The notes: a model not told the origin generated them from the letters alone. A stretch of DNA of 64,000 bases from Myxococcota bacterium (GCA_036229005.1 JAZAMN010000011.1:128001-192000), one strand, 5' to 3'; counted from the first letter of the stretch, positions 30,368 through 46,975 are shown. Program-made: numbers and translations.

Positions 30368-31192
30368 TTACTTGCGACGCTTGACGATGAAACGGTTGCT
30401 CGGCTTCTTCCGAGCGCGGGTCTTGCGACCCTTGGTGGGCTTGCCCCAGGGGGTCACCGGGTGGCGACCACCAGTGGTCCGGCCCTCACCACCACCGTGG
30501 GGGTGGTCGATGGGGTTCATGGCTGCACCACGGACCTTGGGACGACGACCGAGCCAGCGGCTGCGACCTGCCTTTCCGATGGACTGGTTCTCGTGCTCGA
30601 GGTTGCCGACCTGACCGATCGTGGCCTGGCTGTTGCGGTGCACCTGACGGAGCTCACCGCTCGGCAGCCGCAGCAGGACGAGATCGCCCTCCTTGGCCAT
30701 CACCTGGGCGTAGCTTCCAGCGGAGCGACAGATCTGGCCGCCGCGGCCAATGGTCAGCTCGATGTTGTGCACCCAGGTACCCAACGGGACGGCGTGCAAC
30801 TGCATGCTGTTCCCAGGCTTGATGTCAGCCTCGTTGCTGCTGATGATCTGGTCACCGACCCGAAGGTTCAGCGGATGCAGGATGTACCGCTTCTCTCCGT
30901 CGGCGAAGTGAATCAGCGCAATGCGTGCCGAGCGGTTGGGGTCGTACTCGACAGCAGCGACCTTTCCAGGAACGCCCCACTTGTCACGCTTGAAGTCGAT
31001 GATTCGGTAGCGCCGCTTGTGACCACCACCCCGGCGACGGACAGTCATCCGGCCGCGGTTGTTTCGCCCACCGCTGCTCTTGAGCGGAGCCAGGAGCGAA
31101 CGCTCCGGGGACTTCTTGGTGACCTCGGCGAAGTCGCTGACGCTCATGAAGCGGCGACCGGCACTGGTCGAGTTGAACTTGCGAATGCCCAT
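30368..31192 (-). CDS. rplB: 50S ribosomal protein L2
   Basis: [30 protein letters not shown]. Confidence 0.98.
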   Translation of the reverse strand: MGIRKFNSTSAGRRFMSVSDFAEVTKKSPERSLLAPLKSSGGRNNRGRMTVRRRGGGHKRRYRIIDFKRDKWGVPGKVAAVEYDPNRSARIALIHFADGEKRYILHPLNLRVGDQIISSNEADIKPGNSMQLHAVPLGTWVHNIELTIGRGGQICRSAGSYAQVMAKEGDLVLLRLPSGELRQVHRNSQATIGQVGNLEHENQSIGKAGRSRWLGRRPKVRGAAMNPIDHPHGGGEGRTTGGRHPVTPWGKPTKGRKTRARKKPSNRFIVKRRK

Positions 31193-31202
31193 CGTTCTGT
31201 CC

Positions 31203-31499
31203 TCAGGCCTCGCCGGCGTCGGCGTAGAAGTTGATGCTGTCGCCGTCACGCAGGGTCACGTAGGCCTTCTTCCAGTTGGAGCGACGCCCCATATGGCGGC
31301 CGAAGCGCTTGACCTTTCCGCGCACAATCAGCGTACGGACGTTGCTGACGCGAACCCCGAAGAAGTTCTCAACAGCGTCCTTGATCTGGTGCTTGTTGGC
31401 CTTGAGACCGACCTTGAACACGTAGGTGTTGTCCTCGGCGGCGTAGGCGGTCTTCTCGGTCACGACGGGACCGAGCAGGATGTCGTGGAGCTGATCCAT
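31203..31499 (-). CDS. rplW: 50S ribosomal protein L23
   Basis: [21 protein letters not shown]. Confidence 0.97.
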   Translation of the reverse strand: MDQLHDILLGPVVTEKTAYAAEDNTYVFKVGLKANKHQIKDAVENFFGVRVSNVRTLIVRGKVKRFGRHMGRRSNWKKAYVTLRDGDSINFYADAGEA

Positions 31500-31500
31500 T

Positions 31501-32124
31501 TCAGGCCCCCAGGCGGCTGATGATACCGTCGACCGCAGCCTTGGTGGCGGCGATGTTGCCGTGCTTGAGCACGTCGTAGACGTTCAAGCCCTCGACGGGG
31601 AGCACGGTGACGCCGGGAAGATTCCGGGCCGACTTGATGACGTTCTCGTCCTTCTCGCTCAGGATGAGGAGCAGGTCGTTGAACTCGAAGTTGTCCATGA
31701 CGGACTTGAAGGACTTGGTCTTGATCTCGCTCATCGCGAAGCTATCGAAGACAGTGAACTTCGACTCCTCAACACGGCGGGACAGCGCGCTGCACAGCGC
31801 GGCGCGACGGACCTTCTTGGGAACCTTGTGCCCGTGATCACGAGGGGTGGGACCGAAGACGATTCCGCCGCCACGCATCTGCGGGGCACGGGTGGTGCCC
31901 TGACGCGCGCGGCCGGTGCCCTTCTGCTTGAAGGGCTTCTTGCCGCCACCAGACACCTCGGAGCGGCCCTTCACCTTGTGGGTACCCTGACGGCGGTTGG
32001 CGAGCTGTTGACGGACCACCGTGTAGAACAGGTGCTCCTTGACCTCGGCGCCAAACACGTTCTCGTCGAGCTCGATAGAGCCGACGGACTGCTTGGCCAT
32101 GTTGTAGACATCGACGGTAGGCAT
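31501..32124 (-). CDS. rplD: 50S ribosomal protein L4
   Basis: RQGTH..K.RSEVSGGGKKP.KQKGTGRARQG, SARNLP. Confidence 0.98.
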   Translation of the reverse strand: MPTVDVYNMAKQSVGSIELDENVFGAEVKEHLFYTVVRQQLANRRQGTHKVKGRSEVSGGGKKPFKQKGTGRARQGTTRAPQMRGGGIVFGPTPRDHGHKVPKKVRRAALCSALSRRVEESKFTVFDSFAMSEIKTKSFKSVMDNFEFNDLLLILSEKDENVIKSARNLPGVTVLPVEGLNVYDVLKHGNIAATKAAVDGIISRLGA

Positions 32125-32158
32125 GCGAATGCTCCTGCTTCTCTGCCAGGCAGAGCGC

Positions 32159-32473
32159 TTAGGAAAGCTTGATCTCGACGTGCACACCAGCGGACAGGTC
32201 GAGCTTCATGAGAGCATCGACGGTCTGCTGGGTGGGCTCAAGGATGTCGAGGAGGCGGTGGTGGGTCCGACGCTCGAACTGCTCACGGGACTTCTTGTCG
32301 ACGTGAGGTCCGCGCAGAACGGTCCAGCGAGAGACGGTGGTAGGCAGGGGGAAGGGACCCCGGATGCTCACACCCGTACGCTTGGCGGCCTCAACGATCT
32401 CGTTGGCGCTGCGGTCAAGCAGCTTGTGATCGTAGGCCTTGAGCCGGATGCGGATCTTGTTGGTCTGGGCCAT
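32159..32473 (-). CDS. rpsJ: 30S ribosomal protein S10
   Basis: [23 protein letters not shown]. Confidence 0.98.
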   Translation of the reverse strand: MAQTNKIRIRLKAYDHKLLDRSANEIVEAAKRTGVSIRGPFPLPTTVSRWTVLRGPHVDKKSREQFERRTHHRLLDILEPTQQTVDALMKLDLSAGVHVEIKLS

Positions 32474-32690
32474 CGGATTGCTCCAAAGGATGGGAAGGGG
32501 TCTCGCCAGAAAAGCCGGCGTGCTGCCGGCGTCCCGTCCGCGTGGTTGCGGTTGGCGAGCGCCTCTCGTACCGTAGGTAGGCAAGCGGTTGGGCATGCCC
32601 GAGAGACGGAACCCCCGCCGTTTAGCCGGTTGCTTGGAGGTGGGCCACCCTGGAGTGCGGAAAAGGATCCCTCCACGACGGTGAGAGCAC

Positions 32691-34766
32691 TCACGGAGCG
32701 CCGTCGGTTGTTGGGGTCAGCTCCTGCTTTCGCTGGAGTTCCTCACGCACGGTCGCCGACGCGGGCGCGTAGCGTCGAAGGCGTGTCCCGTAGGTTCCCC
32801 TACCCTGGGTCTGAGACCTCAGCCGGGTCGCATACCCGAACATCTCGGCCAGCGGAACTTCCGCCACCACCCGTTCTTCGCCGGGCGTTGCATCGACTTG
32901 CTCAATGAAGCCACGTCGGCCGCTGATGTCGCCCAGGACCTGGCCGAGGTACTCGTGGGGTGCACGAACCTCAAGCTCCACCCGTGGTTCCAGGAGGACG
33001 GGCGCCGCGTCCATCAGCGCTCTCCTGAACGCCGTCCTCGCTGCCTGCCGGAAAACCGCCTCACTGGCATCGACCTCCCGATACTCGACCTCCTCCAGGG
33101 TCACCTCAACGCCGCTTACCGGCATTCCGGCCAGTGGCCCGCAGGACAAGACCTCGTCCACGGCCCCCCAGATCGCTTGCCGGTAGGACGCGGGGAGCCG
33201 GTCAGGCTGGACCAGGTCCGTCCGCTTGCGGTCTGCATGGGGGGACACCCCGAACACCACTCGTCCGAACTGACCCCGCCCGTTCACGATTCGCTGCTGG
33301 AGCGACTCCCCTACTGCCCGCCGAGTTGGCGCCTCCTTGTAGGCAACTTGGGGGCGCCCGAACTCGGCGTTCACGCCAAAGTCCCTCAGAAGACGATCCT
33401 GGGCGACTTCGAGGTGGAGCTCCCCCATCCCGTGGAGCAGAAGGTCTCCCGTGTCCTCGTTCTTGCGGAGACGAAGACTCGGGTCCTCATGGACCAGTGC
33501 CGCGAGCGAGTCGCCCAGCCTCGGTGCGGACTCTGCATCCAATGCCCGGACCGCAAGATAGATCACTGGGTCCGGTACATGAATGGCCTCCAGAACGACG
33601 GAGAGCTGCTGAGAGCAGACAGTGTCGCCCGTATCGACCCCATCAAGGGCTTCCACCCCCACGATGGCACCCACACCGACCTCATCGACTCGTTCCGCCT
33701 CACTCGCATAGAGTTGGACGAGCCGAGACAGGCGCAACTTGGTACCGGTTCTGGGGTTCCATGCCAAATCGCCGGCCCGAATCCGGCCAGAGTAGACTCG
33801 GAGCCAGGTCATCCGGCCGAGCGCAGGATCGTTCATGCGCTTGAACGCGAGCGCGACTAGCGGGGCATCCCTGTCCGCACGTACCCGCAGCGGCTTTCCA
33901 TCGCTGCTCTCCACCTGCAGATCGGGATGGTCCAACGGCGACGGCAGGAGACGGGTCACGGCATCGAGGAGTGCAGTTGTTCCCTGGTTGTGGAAAGCAG
34001 ACCCGCAGAACACCGGGACCACTCGGCGCTCAAGTACGGCGCTTCTGGCTGCCAACCAGAGGTCCTCAGTTGGGAGAGCGCCCTCGTCGAGGAACCGCGC
34101 CATGAGCGCTTCATCCTCAATGAGTGCGTCGAGGAGCAGCTCCCTAGCGAACTCGAGTTCGTCCTTCAGGGTGCCAGCGATCTCCATCTGGACTGGCCCC
34201 AACGGATCGCTGGAGAAGCGCCAGGCTTCCTGAGCCAGCAAGTCCACATAGCCGACAAAGCGCTCCTCCTCGACGATCGGGATTTGAAATGGAACCGCCT
34301 CTGCACCAAGACGCGTCTGGATGTCCTCAACACACCGGTCGAAGTCGGCCCCCACGCGATCCATCTTGTTCACGAAGGCGAGCCTGGGGACACCATAGCG
34401 GTCCGCTTGGCGCCAGACCGTCTCAGACTGGGACTGGACCCCCTCAGTAGCCGAGAAGACCGCGACCGCACCATCAAGAACCCGAAGGCAGCGCTCCACC
34501 TCAACAGTGAAGTCCACATGCCCGGGGGTATCGACCAGATTGACCTGGTGCCCCTGCCACTCGAGCACGGTAGAGGCCGCCGTGATCGTGATCCCCCTCT
34601 CCTGTTCCTGGGCCATCCAGTCCATGACGGTTGTCCCGTCATCGACTTCGCCCATGTGGCGCAGAAATCCGGCGCAGAACAAGATCCGCTCTGAGAGCGT
34701 GGTCTTTCCTGCATCTATGTGGGCCAGGATTCCGATGTTCCGGACCTGGCTGGCTTGATTGGCCAC
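32691..34766 (-). CDS. fusA: Elongation factor G family GTPase, divergent (EF-G2-like)
   Basis: [39 protein letters not shown]; directly after rpsG; domain IV motifs degenerate. Confidence 0.85.
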   Translation of the reverse strand: MANQASQVRNIGILAHIDAGKTTLSERILFCAGFLRHMGEVDDGTTVMDWMAQEQERGITITAASTVLEWQGHQVNLVDTPGHVDFTVEVERCLRVLDGAVAVFSATEGVQSQSETVWRQADRYGVPRLAFVNKMDRVGADFDRCVEDIQTRLGAEAVPFQIPIVEEERFVGYVDLLAQEAWRFSSDPLGPVQMEIAGTLKDELEFARELLLDALIEDEALMARFLDEGALPTEDLWLAARSAVLERRVVPVFCGSAFHNQGTTALLDAVTRLLPSPLDHPDLQVESSDGKPLRVRADRDAPLVALAFKRMNDPALGRMTWLRVYSGRIRAGDLAWNPRTGTKLRLSRLVQLYASEAERVDEVGVGAIVGVEALDGVDTGDTVCSQQLSVVLEAIHVPDPVIYLAVRALDAESAPRLGDSLAALVHEDPSLRLRKNEDTGDLLLHGMGELHLEVAQDRLLRDFGVNAEFGRPQVAYKEAPTRRAVGESLQQRIVNGRGQFGRVVFGVSPHADRKRTDLVQPDRLPASYRQAIWGAVDEVLSCGPLAGMPVSGVEVTLEEVEYREVDASEAVFRQAARTAFRRALMDAAPVLLEPRVELEVRAPHEYLGQVLGDISGRRGFIEQVDATPGEERVVAEVPLAEMFGYATRLRSQTQGRGTYGTRLRRYAPASATVREELQRKQELTPTTDGAP

Positions 34767-34780
34767 GGGGACTCCAGAGC

Positions 34781-34807
34781 AAAGCAGGGCACCCGAAGGT
34801 GCCCTGC
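34781..34807 (-). terminator. Terminator-like hairpin between rpsG and fusA
   Basis: Minus strand GCAGGGCACC-TTCG-GGTGCCCTGC-TTT. Confidence 0.6.
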
Positions 34808-34828
34808 CTCTCAGTCCCTACTATCCGC

Positions 34829-35299
34829 TTACCAGCGGTAGTGAGAGAAGGCCCGGTTGGCCTCTGCCATACGATGGGTGTCTTCCTTCTTCTTCACAGC
34901 ATTGCCGCGAGAGTGGGAAGCCTCCATCAGTTCGGCTGCGAGCTTGTCGGTCATGGTGCGACCACCGCGCTGACGGGCGTACTGGATGATCCAGCGCATC
35001 GCGAGTGCCACTCGGCGGTCGGGACGAACCTCGACGGGCACCTGGTAGGTCGAACCACCGACGCGGCGGCTCTTGACCTCGACCATGGGCTCGACATTCT
35101 CCAGGGCCCGACGGAACACCACGATGGGGTCCTCACGGGTGCGGTCCTGAATGGTGTCGAAGGCACCGTAGACGATGGCCTCAGCGGTGGCCTTCTTGCC
35201 ATCACGCATCAGGTTGTTCATGAACTTGGTGACCAAGACGTCCCCGAACTTGGGGTCGGGCAAGACTTGGCGCTTGGGTACTTCGCGGCGACGGGGCAT
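34829..35299 (-). CDS. rpsG: 30S ribosomal protein S7
   Basis: [30 protein letters not shown]. Confidence 0.98.
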   Translation of the reverse strand: MPRRREVPKRQVLPDPKFGDVLVTKFMNNLMRDGKKATAEAIVYGAFDTIQDRTREDPIVVFRRALENVEPMVEVKSRRVGGSTYQVPVEVRPDRRVALAMRWIIQYARQRGGRTMTDKLAAELMEASHSRGNAVKKKEDTHRMAEANRAFSHYRW

Positions 35300-35307
35300 A
35301 TCGTCCT

Positions 35308-35682
35308 CTACTTCTTCGGGCGCTTGGCGCCGTACTTGGAACGGCCCTGGCGACGGGCGTTGACGCCCTGGGAGTCCAGGGTGCCGCGCACGACGTGGTA
35401 GCGCACACCAGGGAGGTCCTTGACACGACCACCGCGGATGAGGACCGAGCTGTGCTCCTGGAGGTTGTGGCCCTCACCGCCGATGTACGAGGTCACCTCG
35501 ATACCGTTGGTGAGACGGACACGGCAAACCTTACGGAGTGCAGAGTTCGGCTTCTTGGGGGTGGTGGTGTAGACGCGAGTGCAGACGCCACGCTTCTGCG
35601 GGCAGTTCTGCAGAGCCGGAGACTTGGACTTGCTCCGGATCTTCTTGCGACCCTTGCGGACCAGCTGGTTGATGGTAGGCAT
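35308..35682 (-). CDS. rpsL: 30S ribosomal protein S12
   Basis: [35 protein letters not shown]. Confidence 0.99.
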   Translation of the reverse strand: MPTINQLVRKGRKKIRSKSKSPALQNCPQKRGVCTRVYTTTPKKPNSALRKVCRVRLTNGIEVTSYIGGEGHNLQEHSSVLIRGGRVKDLPGVRYHVVRGTLDSQGVNARRQGRSKYGAKRPKK

Positions 35683-35781
35683 TCCTGAACCTCAGAGCGC
35701 TGAGAGCCAAGGCGCCCTACGGGCGGCTCTTAGCGGGAAAACAAACGCCGGAAACAGTAGAGTTACCAGCAGAGCCCCGCC

Positions 35782-35810
35782 GCTTTAATCGACGGGAGTA
35801 AGAGCGTCAA
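35782..35810 (-). promoter_or_regulatory. Putative str-operon promoter
   Basis: Minus strand TTGACG-17nt-TAAAGC. Confidence 0.5.
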
Positions 35811-35848
35811 CACTGGCCCCCCCCGAGGATCGGGGGAGACCGGTCGAC

Positions 35849-40615
<4,767 letters not shown>

Positions 40616-40721
40616 GGCACACGCTCCTTCGAGGAGGGGGACGCCCAAGGGGACGCAGGGACAGAGAGAAGAGAAAAAGAAGGGAGCAGGTGCGGACCTC
40701 GAGGGCCCGCACCAATCGGTA

Positions 40722-43700
40722 TCAGCCGCGCATGAAGTCGCGGTCCTCGATGAGTTCCACATCGAGGGCCAGAGCCTGCAGCTCCTTGACCAGAACGTTG
40801 AAGGACTCGGGCAGACCGGCCTCCAGGACGTTCTCGCCCTTGACGATGGACTCGTACATGCGAGTACGACCCGTGACGTCATCGGACTTCACGGTCAGGA
40901 ACTCCTGGAGGTTGTAGGCGGCACCGTAGGCCTCGAGGGCCCAGACCTCCATCTCACCAAGACGCTGACCGCCGAACTGGGCCTTTCCGCCGAGGGGCTG
41001 CTGCGTGACCAGCGAGTAGGGACCGATGGACCGGGCGTGGATCTTGTCATCCACCAGGTGGTGGAGCTTGAGCATGTACATGATGCCCACAGTCACCCGC
41101 CGGGTGAAGGCCTCTCCAGTGCGACCGTCGAAGAGGAGGGTCTGACCGTCCTCGTCCTGGTCGGCCAGCACCAGCGCCTTGCGGATCTCCGCCTCGTCAG
41201 CACCGGCGAACACGGGCGTTGCCGTGGTCAGGCCGCGCTCGTACTTCTTGGAGAAGGCGACCATCTTGTCGTAGGACGCAGTCTCCAGGAACTCCTGGAC
41301 GGGAGCGTTGTACTCGAAGGCTGCCTTGAGGAAGGTTCGCAGCTCCTCAGCGTCCTTCTGCTCCTCGATCATCCGGTTGAGCTTCACGCCCAGGGAGCGG
41401 GCGGCCCAGCCCAGGTGCGTCTCGAGGATCTGGCCGACATTCATACGAGAAGGGACGCCGAGCGGGTTGAGGACGACGTCCACTGGGGTGCCATCCTCGA
41501 GGTAGGGCATATCCTCGATGGGAAGGATGCGAGAGACGACACCCTTGTTACCGTGGCGACCGGCCATCTTGTCGCCGACCTGGATCTTGCGCTTGATCGC
41601 GACGTAGACCTTGACCAGCTTGATGACGCCAGGAGGCAGCTCGTCGCCCTTGCGCAAACGCTCGATCTTGTCCTTGAAGCGGTCACGGATCCGATCCTCC
41701 TTCTCGCGGACGTTGTCCACGAGGGCCCAGATCTTCTCCTCGACAGCCTCGTCATCCTTGACGGTGATCTTCTCGAACTGCTCGAAGGTGATGCGCTCGA
41801 GGTTCTGCTCGGAGAAGGCCTCGCCGCGAGCGACGAGCTCCTCACCGGTGTTGTCATCAAGAATCTTGTTGGCGGCGCTGTGGCCGTCCAGGATGGCAAC
41901 GAGCTGACGGTGGGCGGACTCGTGGAGGACCTGAATCTTGGACTCACGGTCTCGCTCGATCTTGGCGACCCCTTCGGCCTCGATGGTCAGCGCACGGGTG
42001 TCCTTTTCGACGCCCTCACGTGCGAAGACCTGAGCACCGATGACGGTTCCAACAACACCAGGAGGAACGCGAAGGGAGGTGTCGCGAACGTCACCGGCCT
42101 TCTCGCCGAAGATTGCACGAAGCAGCTTCTCTTCCGGAGAGAGCTGAGTCTCACCCTTGGGCGTGATCTTTCCGACCAGGATGTCGCCCTGACGAACCTC
42201 AGCGCCGACCTTCACGATGCCAGCCTCATCGAGGTTGGCCAAGGCGTCCTCACCCACGTTGGGGATGTCGCGGGTGATCTCCTCCTTGCCGAGCTTGGTG
42301 TCGCGGGCGGCGACCTCAAACTCCTCGATGTGGATGGTGGTGTAGTAGTCCTCACGCACCAGCCGCTCGGAGAGCAGGATGGAGTCCTCGAAGTTGTACC
42401 CATTCCAGGTCATGAAGGCGACGATGACGTTCTGACCAAGAGCCAACTCGCCACGGTCGGTTGCGGGACCGTCGGCGATGACCTCGCCCTGCGTGACCTT
42501 GTCACCCAAGCGCACAACCGGCTTCTGGTTGATGCAAGTGTTCTGGTTGGACCGAACGAACTTGGTGAGGTTGTAGATATCGACGTCGCCACCGACGTCG
42601 TCGCTCATCTCGTCCGTCTTGATGACGATTCGGCTCGCATCAACCGAAGTCACCACCCCGGACCGCCGGCAGGTGGTGGTGACACCGGAGTCACGGGCAA
42701 CGATGCGCTCCATGCCGGTTCCCACAAACGGGGCCTCGACGCGGATGACAGGCACCGCCTGGCGCATCATGTTGGACCCCATCAGTGCACGGTTCGCATC
42801 GTCGTTCTCCAGGAAGGGAACGAGCGAGGCGGCGACCGACACGAGCTGGTTGGGGCTGACGTCGATGAGGGTGATTTCCTCAGGAGGGACTCGGCCAAAC
42901 TCACCGCGGACGCGGGCGTTGACGTTCTCCTCGGTGATGACGCCGTTCTCATCCCGCAACGTGGCAGACTGAGCGATGACGTGGCCCTCCTCCTCCATGG
43001 CGGAGTAGTAGGCGACCTCGCCGGTCAGCTTGCCACCCTCGACCCGCTGGTACGGCGTCTCGATGAAGCCGAAGTCGTTGACGCGCGCGTAGGTGGAGAG
43101 AGACGCGATCAGGCCGATGTTCGGACCTTCAGGGGTCTCAATCGGGCAAATACGACCGTAGTGGGTGATGTGGACGTCGCGGACGTCGAAGCCAGCTCGC
43201 TCGCGGGTCAGACCACCAGGGCCCAGGGCCGAGAGGCGACGCTTGTGGGTCACCTCGCTCAGGGGGTTGGTCTGGTCCATGAACTGGGAGAGCTGGCTGC
43301 TGCCGAAGAACTCCTTCACAACCGCCGAGACAGGCTTGGCGTTGATGAGATCGTGGGGCATCAGCGCCTCGATCTCGGACAGGCTCATCCGCTCCTTGAT
43401 GGCCTTCTCCATCCGGACCAGGCCGATGCGGTACTGGTTCTCCAGGAGCTCGCCCACCGCACGGATGCGCCGGTTGCCGAGGTGATCGATGTCGTCGATC
43501 TTGCCCTTGTTGTTCTTGAGGTCGATCAGGTACTTCACGACCCGCAAGATGTCGTCACGGGTCAGCGTGGTCTGCTCGAGGGGCAGGTCCAAGCCCAACT
43601 TCAGGTTCAACTTGAGACGTCCGACCTCGGAGAGGTCGTAGCGCTCGGCGTTGAAGAAGAGGTTGTTGAAGTGCTTGACGGCCGTGTCGTAGGTCGGGGG

Positions 43701-44894
43701 ATCACCGGGCCGCAGGCGGCGGTAGATCTCGATGACCGCCTCCTCAGGAGAGGAGATCTTGTCCACCAGCAGGGTGTCCCGCAGGAAGGAGCCGACCATC
43801 ACGTTGTCCATGAAGAGAACGTCGAACTCGTAGATGCCCGCCTCAAAGGCGCGCTGGACGTTCTCCTCAGTCAACTCCTCGTTGCACTCAATGAGGATGA
43901 GACCGGTCTCCATGTCGACCACGTCGTAGGCAGAGACGGCGCCGTAGACGTTGGCCTCAGTGACCGGAATGGTACCCATCTCGACAGTCTGCTCTTCACC
44001 GTCGACGATCACCGTGCGCTCGGCGAGGATGCCAGCCTTCCGCATCTTGCGGATGGCGGGCCGGAGGAACTTCTTGCCCTCCTTGGCGATGACCTTGCCG
44101 GTCTCCGGATCGCTGACGCTGACAGAAGCGGTCTGGATGCTGAGGAGGTCGGCGGTGGTCTCCTTGACCCAAGCACCGTCAGCGAAGACCAGCTTCTCGT
44201 TGTCGTAGAAGTAGTTGAGCAGTTGCTCGGTGTCGTAGCCGAGCGCGCGGAGCAGGACCGTGGCCGGCAGCTTGCGGCGGCGGTCGATCCGGACGTAGAG
44301 GATGTCCTTGGTGTCGAACTCGAAGTCGATCCAGCTACCGCGGTTGGGGATGACCCGGGCAGAGAAGATGAGCTTTCCACCACCAGTCTTGCTGTAGGAC
44401 TGGTCGAAGAAGATGCCCGGGCTGCGGTGGAGCTGAGAGACGACGACACGCTCGGTGCCGTTGACGATGAAGGTACCGTTCTCGGTCATCAGCGGGATCT
44501 CACCGAAGTAGACCTCCTGCTGCTTGACGTTGGAGACGGTGCGCGCGTCGGTCTGCGCATCAACTTCCCAGACAACGAGCCGAACAGTGACCTTGAGCGG
44601 AGCAGAGAAGGTCATCCCCCGCTCGCGGCACTCCTCAACGTCGTACTTCGGGGCTTCGAGATCGAAGCTCACGAAGTTGAGCGAAGCCTTGTTGGAGAAG
44701 TCCTTGATCGGGAAGACGCTCTTGAACACAGCCTGGAGGCCCGTGTTCCGACGCTCGTCCACAGGCACCTTGGACTGCAGAAAGGCTTCGTAGGAGGCAC
44801 GCTGGATCTCGATCAGGTTGCCAATGTCCACCATGGGGTGGGCCTTGGCGAAGGTCCGACGGTGCTTGAAGTTGTTGGCGAGCAGGTCAGCCAT
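40722..44894 (-). CDS. rpoB: RNA polymerase beta subunit
   Basis: [34 protein letters not shown]. Confidence 0.99.
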   Translation of the reverse strand: MADLLANNFKHRRTFAKAHPMVDIGNLIEIQRASYEAFLQSKVPVDERRNTGLQAVFKSVFPIKDFSNKASLNFVSFDLEAPKYDVEECRERGMTFSAPLKVTVRLVVWEVDAQTDARTVSNVKQQEVYFGEIPLMTENGTFIVNGTERVVVSQLHRSPGIFFDQSYSKTGGGKLIFSARVIPNRGSWIDFEFDTKDILYVRIDRRRKLPATVLLRALGYDTEQLLNYFYDNEKLVFADGAWVKETTADLLSIQTASVSVSDPETGKVIAKEGKKFLRPAIRKMRKAGILAERTVIVDGEEQTVEMGTIPVTEANVYGAVSAYDVVDMETGLILIECNEELTEENVQRAFEAGIYEFDVLFMDNVMVGSFLRDTLLVDKISSPEEAVIEIYRRLRPGDPPTYDTAVKHFNNLFFNAERYDLSEVGRLKLNLKLGLDLPLEQTTLTRDDILRVVKYLIDLKNNKGKIDDIDHLGNRRIRAVGELLENQYRIGLVRMEKAIKERMSLSEIEALMPHDLINAKPVSAVVKEFFGSSQLSQFMDQTNPLSEVTHKRRLSALGPGGLTRERAGFDVRDVHITHYGRICPIETPEGPNIGLIASLSTYARVNDFGFIETPYQRVEGGKLTGEVAYYSAMEEEGHVIAQSATLRDENGVITEENVNARVRGEFGRVPPEEITLIDVSPNQLVSVAASLVPFLENDDANRALMGSNMMRQAVPVIRVEAPFVGTGMERIVARDSGVTTTCRRSGVVTSVDASRIVIKTDEMSDDVGGDVDIYNLTKFVRSNQNTCINQKPVVRLGDKVTQGEVIADGPATDRGELALGQNVIVAFMTWNGYNFEDSILLSERLVREDYYTTIHIEEFEVAARDTKLGKEEITRDIPNVGEDALANLDEAGIVKVGAEVRQGDILVGKITPKGETQLSPEEKLLRAIFGEKAGDVRDTSLRVPPGVVGTVIGAQVFAREGVEKDTRALTIEAEGVAKIERDRESKIQVLHESAHRQLVAILDGHSAANKILDDNTGEELVARGEAFSEQNLERITFEQFEKITVKDDEAVEEKIWALVDNVREKEDRIRDRFKDKIERLRKGDELPPGVIKLVKVYVAIKRKIQVGDKMAGRHGNKGVVSRILPIEDMPYLEDGTPVDVVLNPLGVPSRMNVGQILETHLGWAARSLGVKLNRMIEEQKDAEELRTFLKAAFEYNAPVQEFLETASYDKMVAFSKKYERGLTTATPVFAGADEAEIRKALVLADQDEDGQTLLFDGRTGEAFTRRVTVGIMYMLKLHHLVDDKIHARSIGPYSLVTQQPLGGKAQFGGQRLGEMEVWALEAYGAAYNLQEFLTVKSDDVTGRTRMYESIVKGENVLEAGLPESFNVLVKELQALALDVELIEDRDFMRG

Positions 44895-45143
44895 GAGGAC
44901 CTCGGCAGGTTGCGGCACCCACTGGGGTGAACAGCAAAGAAGGGTTGGCCGGCGCGAGGTCGTTCCAGAACGCAGAGAAGCGCTGCACGGCAGCGAAACT
45001 GCGCGCAACGCGAACAATCGGACAAGCGTCCAGGTTCGTGGGGACCATCAAGCGGCGGTCTCGGGGGATCCGGGTCAGGGTCAGCGGTTGCTGACGGGGC
45101 GGAACTCAAGGGAGCTCCGAACGGGATGGGCTCAAGGAGCCCG

Positions 45144-45186
45144 GAACGCCGGACTCCCACCCCATCAGGGCAGAAGTCCGGCGTTC
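45144..45186 (-). terminator. Hairpin/attenuator between rplL and rpoB
   Basis: GAACGCCGGACT...AGTCCGGCGTTC inverted repeat just after rplL stop. Confidence 0.5.
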
Positions 45187-45198
45187 GTTACGGCAAGA

Positions 45199-45579
45199 TC
45201 ACTTGATCTCGACGTCAGCGCCAACATCCTTGAGCTTGGCGGCGAGCTCCTCAGCGGCGGCCTTGTCGATGGCCTCCTTGACGGGAGCGGGAGCGGACTC
45301 GACCAGGCCCTTGGCGTCCTTCAGACCGAGGCCGGTGGCCTCGCGGACGGCCTTGATGACCTTGATCTTGTTGGGGCCGGCATCCTTGAGGACGACGTCG
45401 AACTCGGTCTTCTCCTCCTCGGGCTCGGCAGCAGCAGCGGCACCGCCGCCAGCAACGGCCATCACGGGAGCGGAAGCCTCAACACCCAGCTCCTCCTCGA
45501 GGACGCTGATGAGGTCCTTGACCTCGGAGAGCTTGAGGTTCTTGATGTACTCGACGACGTCAGCCTGGGTAGCAGACAT
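45199..45579 (-). CDS. rplL: 50S ribosomal protein L7/L12
   Basis: [26 protein letters not shown]. Confidence 0.98.
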   Translation of the reverse strand: MSATQADVVEYIKNLKLSEVKDLISVLEEELGVEASAPVMAVAGGGAAAAAEPEEEKTEFDVVLKDAGPNKIKVIKAVREATGLGLKDAKGLVESAPAPVKEAIDKAAAEELAAKLKDVGADVEIK

Positions 45580-45630
45580 GATGAATTCCTCGCAAATCGA
45601 AAATGGGGAGTAGAGAAAAGACTCAAGCGT

Positions 45631-46164
45631 CTATTCGCCGCCTTCCTGGCCGGCAAGCTTGGTCTCGTAGTTCTTGAGAAGGTAGAGCAGATCGCGGGCG
45701 GGCCCGCGGATGACACCCATGACCTGACGGGGCCCCTCCTGCATCGTCCGGAGCAGCAGCGAGAGCAGCTCCTCACGGCTGGGCAGGCTGGCGACCGCCT
45801 TGACACCCTCGGCGTCCAGGACATCTCCCTCGAAGAAGCCGGCCTTGACCTGGATCGCTCCCTTGGGGTTGATGTTCTCCTTCACCGACTTGGCAGCAGC
45901 GATGGGATCCTCACCGGAGAGGATCACTGCGGTCATGCCGTTGAAGTGGCTGGCCAGGGCCTCCTTACCGGTACCCTCGAGCGCCTTGACGGCGAGGGTG
46001 TTCTTCACAACTTCGAAGCGGAGGTTGTCCTTTTCGAGGTTGCGCCGGAAGGTGTTGACATCGTTCGAGGTCACGCCGCGGTACTCAGCGAGGACCACGA
46101 AGGGCGCCTCCTGGATCCGGGCCTGGAAGTCCGCAATGAACTCACTCTTTGCAGTGCGCAGCAT
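45631..46164 (-). CDS. rplJ: 50S ribosomal protein L10
   Basis: EYRGVT, VVKNTL, ASLPSREELL. Confidence 0.96.
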   Translation of the reverse strand: MLRTAKSEFIADFQARIQEAPFVVLAEYRGVTSNDVNTFRRNLEKDNLRFEVVKNTLAVKALEGTGKEALASHFNGMTAVILSGEDPIAAAKSVKENINPKGAIQVKAGFFEGDVLDAEGVKAVASLPSREELLSLLLRTMQEGPRQVMGVIRGPARDLLYLLKNYETKLAGQEGGE

Positions 46165-46173
46165 CGTGGCCTC

Positions 46174-46887
46174 CTATCGACCGGCGGCGCGCAGGGCGTC
46201 CGCAGCGTCAACACGCACACCGATCCCCATGGTCGTCGAGACTGCAACACCCTTGAGGTAGGTACCCTTGGCGCTGGCAGGCTTGAGTCGCATGAGCTCG
46301 TTGATGAGCGCGGCGATGTTCTCTCGGATCTGCTCGGTCTCCATCGAAGCCTTGCCGACAGGGGCGTGGATGATTCCAGCCTTCTCGACACGGAAGTCGA
46401 TGCGACCTCCCTTCAGATCCTTGACAGTCTGGGCGACGTGCTCGGGCGCGACGACGGTGCCAACCTTGGGGTTGGGCATCAAGCCACGGGGTCCGAGCAA
46501 GCGGCCGATCCGGCCAACCTTGCCCATCATGTCGCGGGTGGCGACCGCCTTGTCGAAGTCGAGCCACCCTCCTTGGATCTTTTGGATGATTTCATCGGAA
46601 CCGACGAAGTCAGCTCCGGCTTCCTCAGCGGCCTTTGCCGCGTCTCCCTGTGCGAAGACCAGAACGCGCACCGTCTTTCCGGTCCCGTGGGGGAGCCCAG
46701 TCGCCCCGCGGATCATCTGATCCGCGTGACGGGGATCCACCCCGAGCCGGACGGCGACGTCCACCGTCTCGTCGAAGCCCGCGGTCGCGGTCTCCTTCAA
46801 GATGGCAACGGCTTCATCCAGGCTGTACTTGCGCGTCGAGTCGACCCGAGTCCGGGCTTCCCTGTAGCGCTTGCTCTGCTTTGGCAC
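46174..46887 (-). CDS. rplA: 50S ribosomal protein L1
   Basis: FDETVD..LGVDPRHADQ, LGPRGLMPNPKVGTV. Confidence 0.98.
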   Translation of the reverse strand: MPKQSKRYREARTRVDSTRKYSLDEAVAILKETATAGFDETVDVAVRLGVDPRHADQMIRGATGLPHGTGKTVRVLVFAQGDAAKAAEEAGADFVGSDEIIQKIQGGWLDFDKAVATRDMMGKVGRIGRLLGPRGLMPNPKVGTVVAPEHVAQTVKDLKGGRIDFRVEKAGIIHAPVGKASMETEQIRENIAALINELMRLKPASAKGTYLKGVAVSTTMGIGVRVDAADALRAAGR

Positions 46888-46975
46888 GATTTTCCTCCGC
46901 TCATACCCAAGACAAGCTTGGGCTCCCAGTGGGGTGCATACGGGCTACGGCTGCCCTCCCCCGCGCTGAGACGAG

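Noticed and set aside
32691..34766. fusA as a pseudogene or TetM/TetO ribosomal protection protein
   Set aside because: Full-length intact frame with EF-G-type G-domain motifs in the str-operon position; no mobile context.
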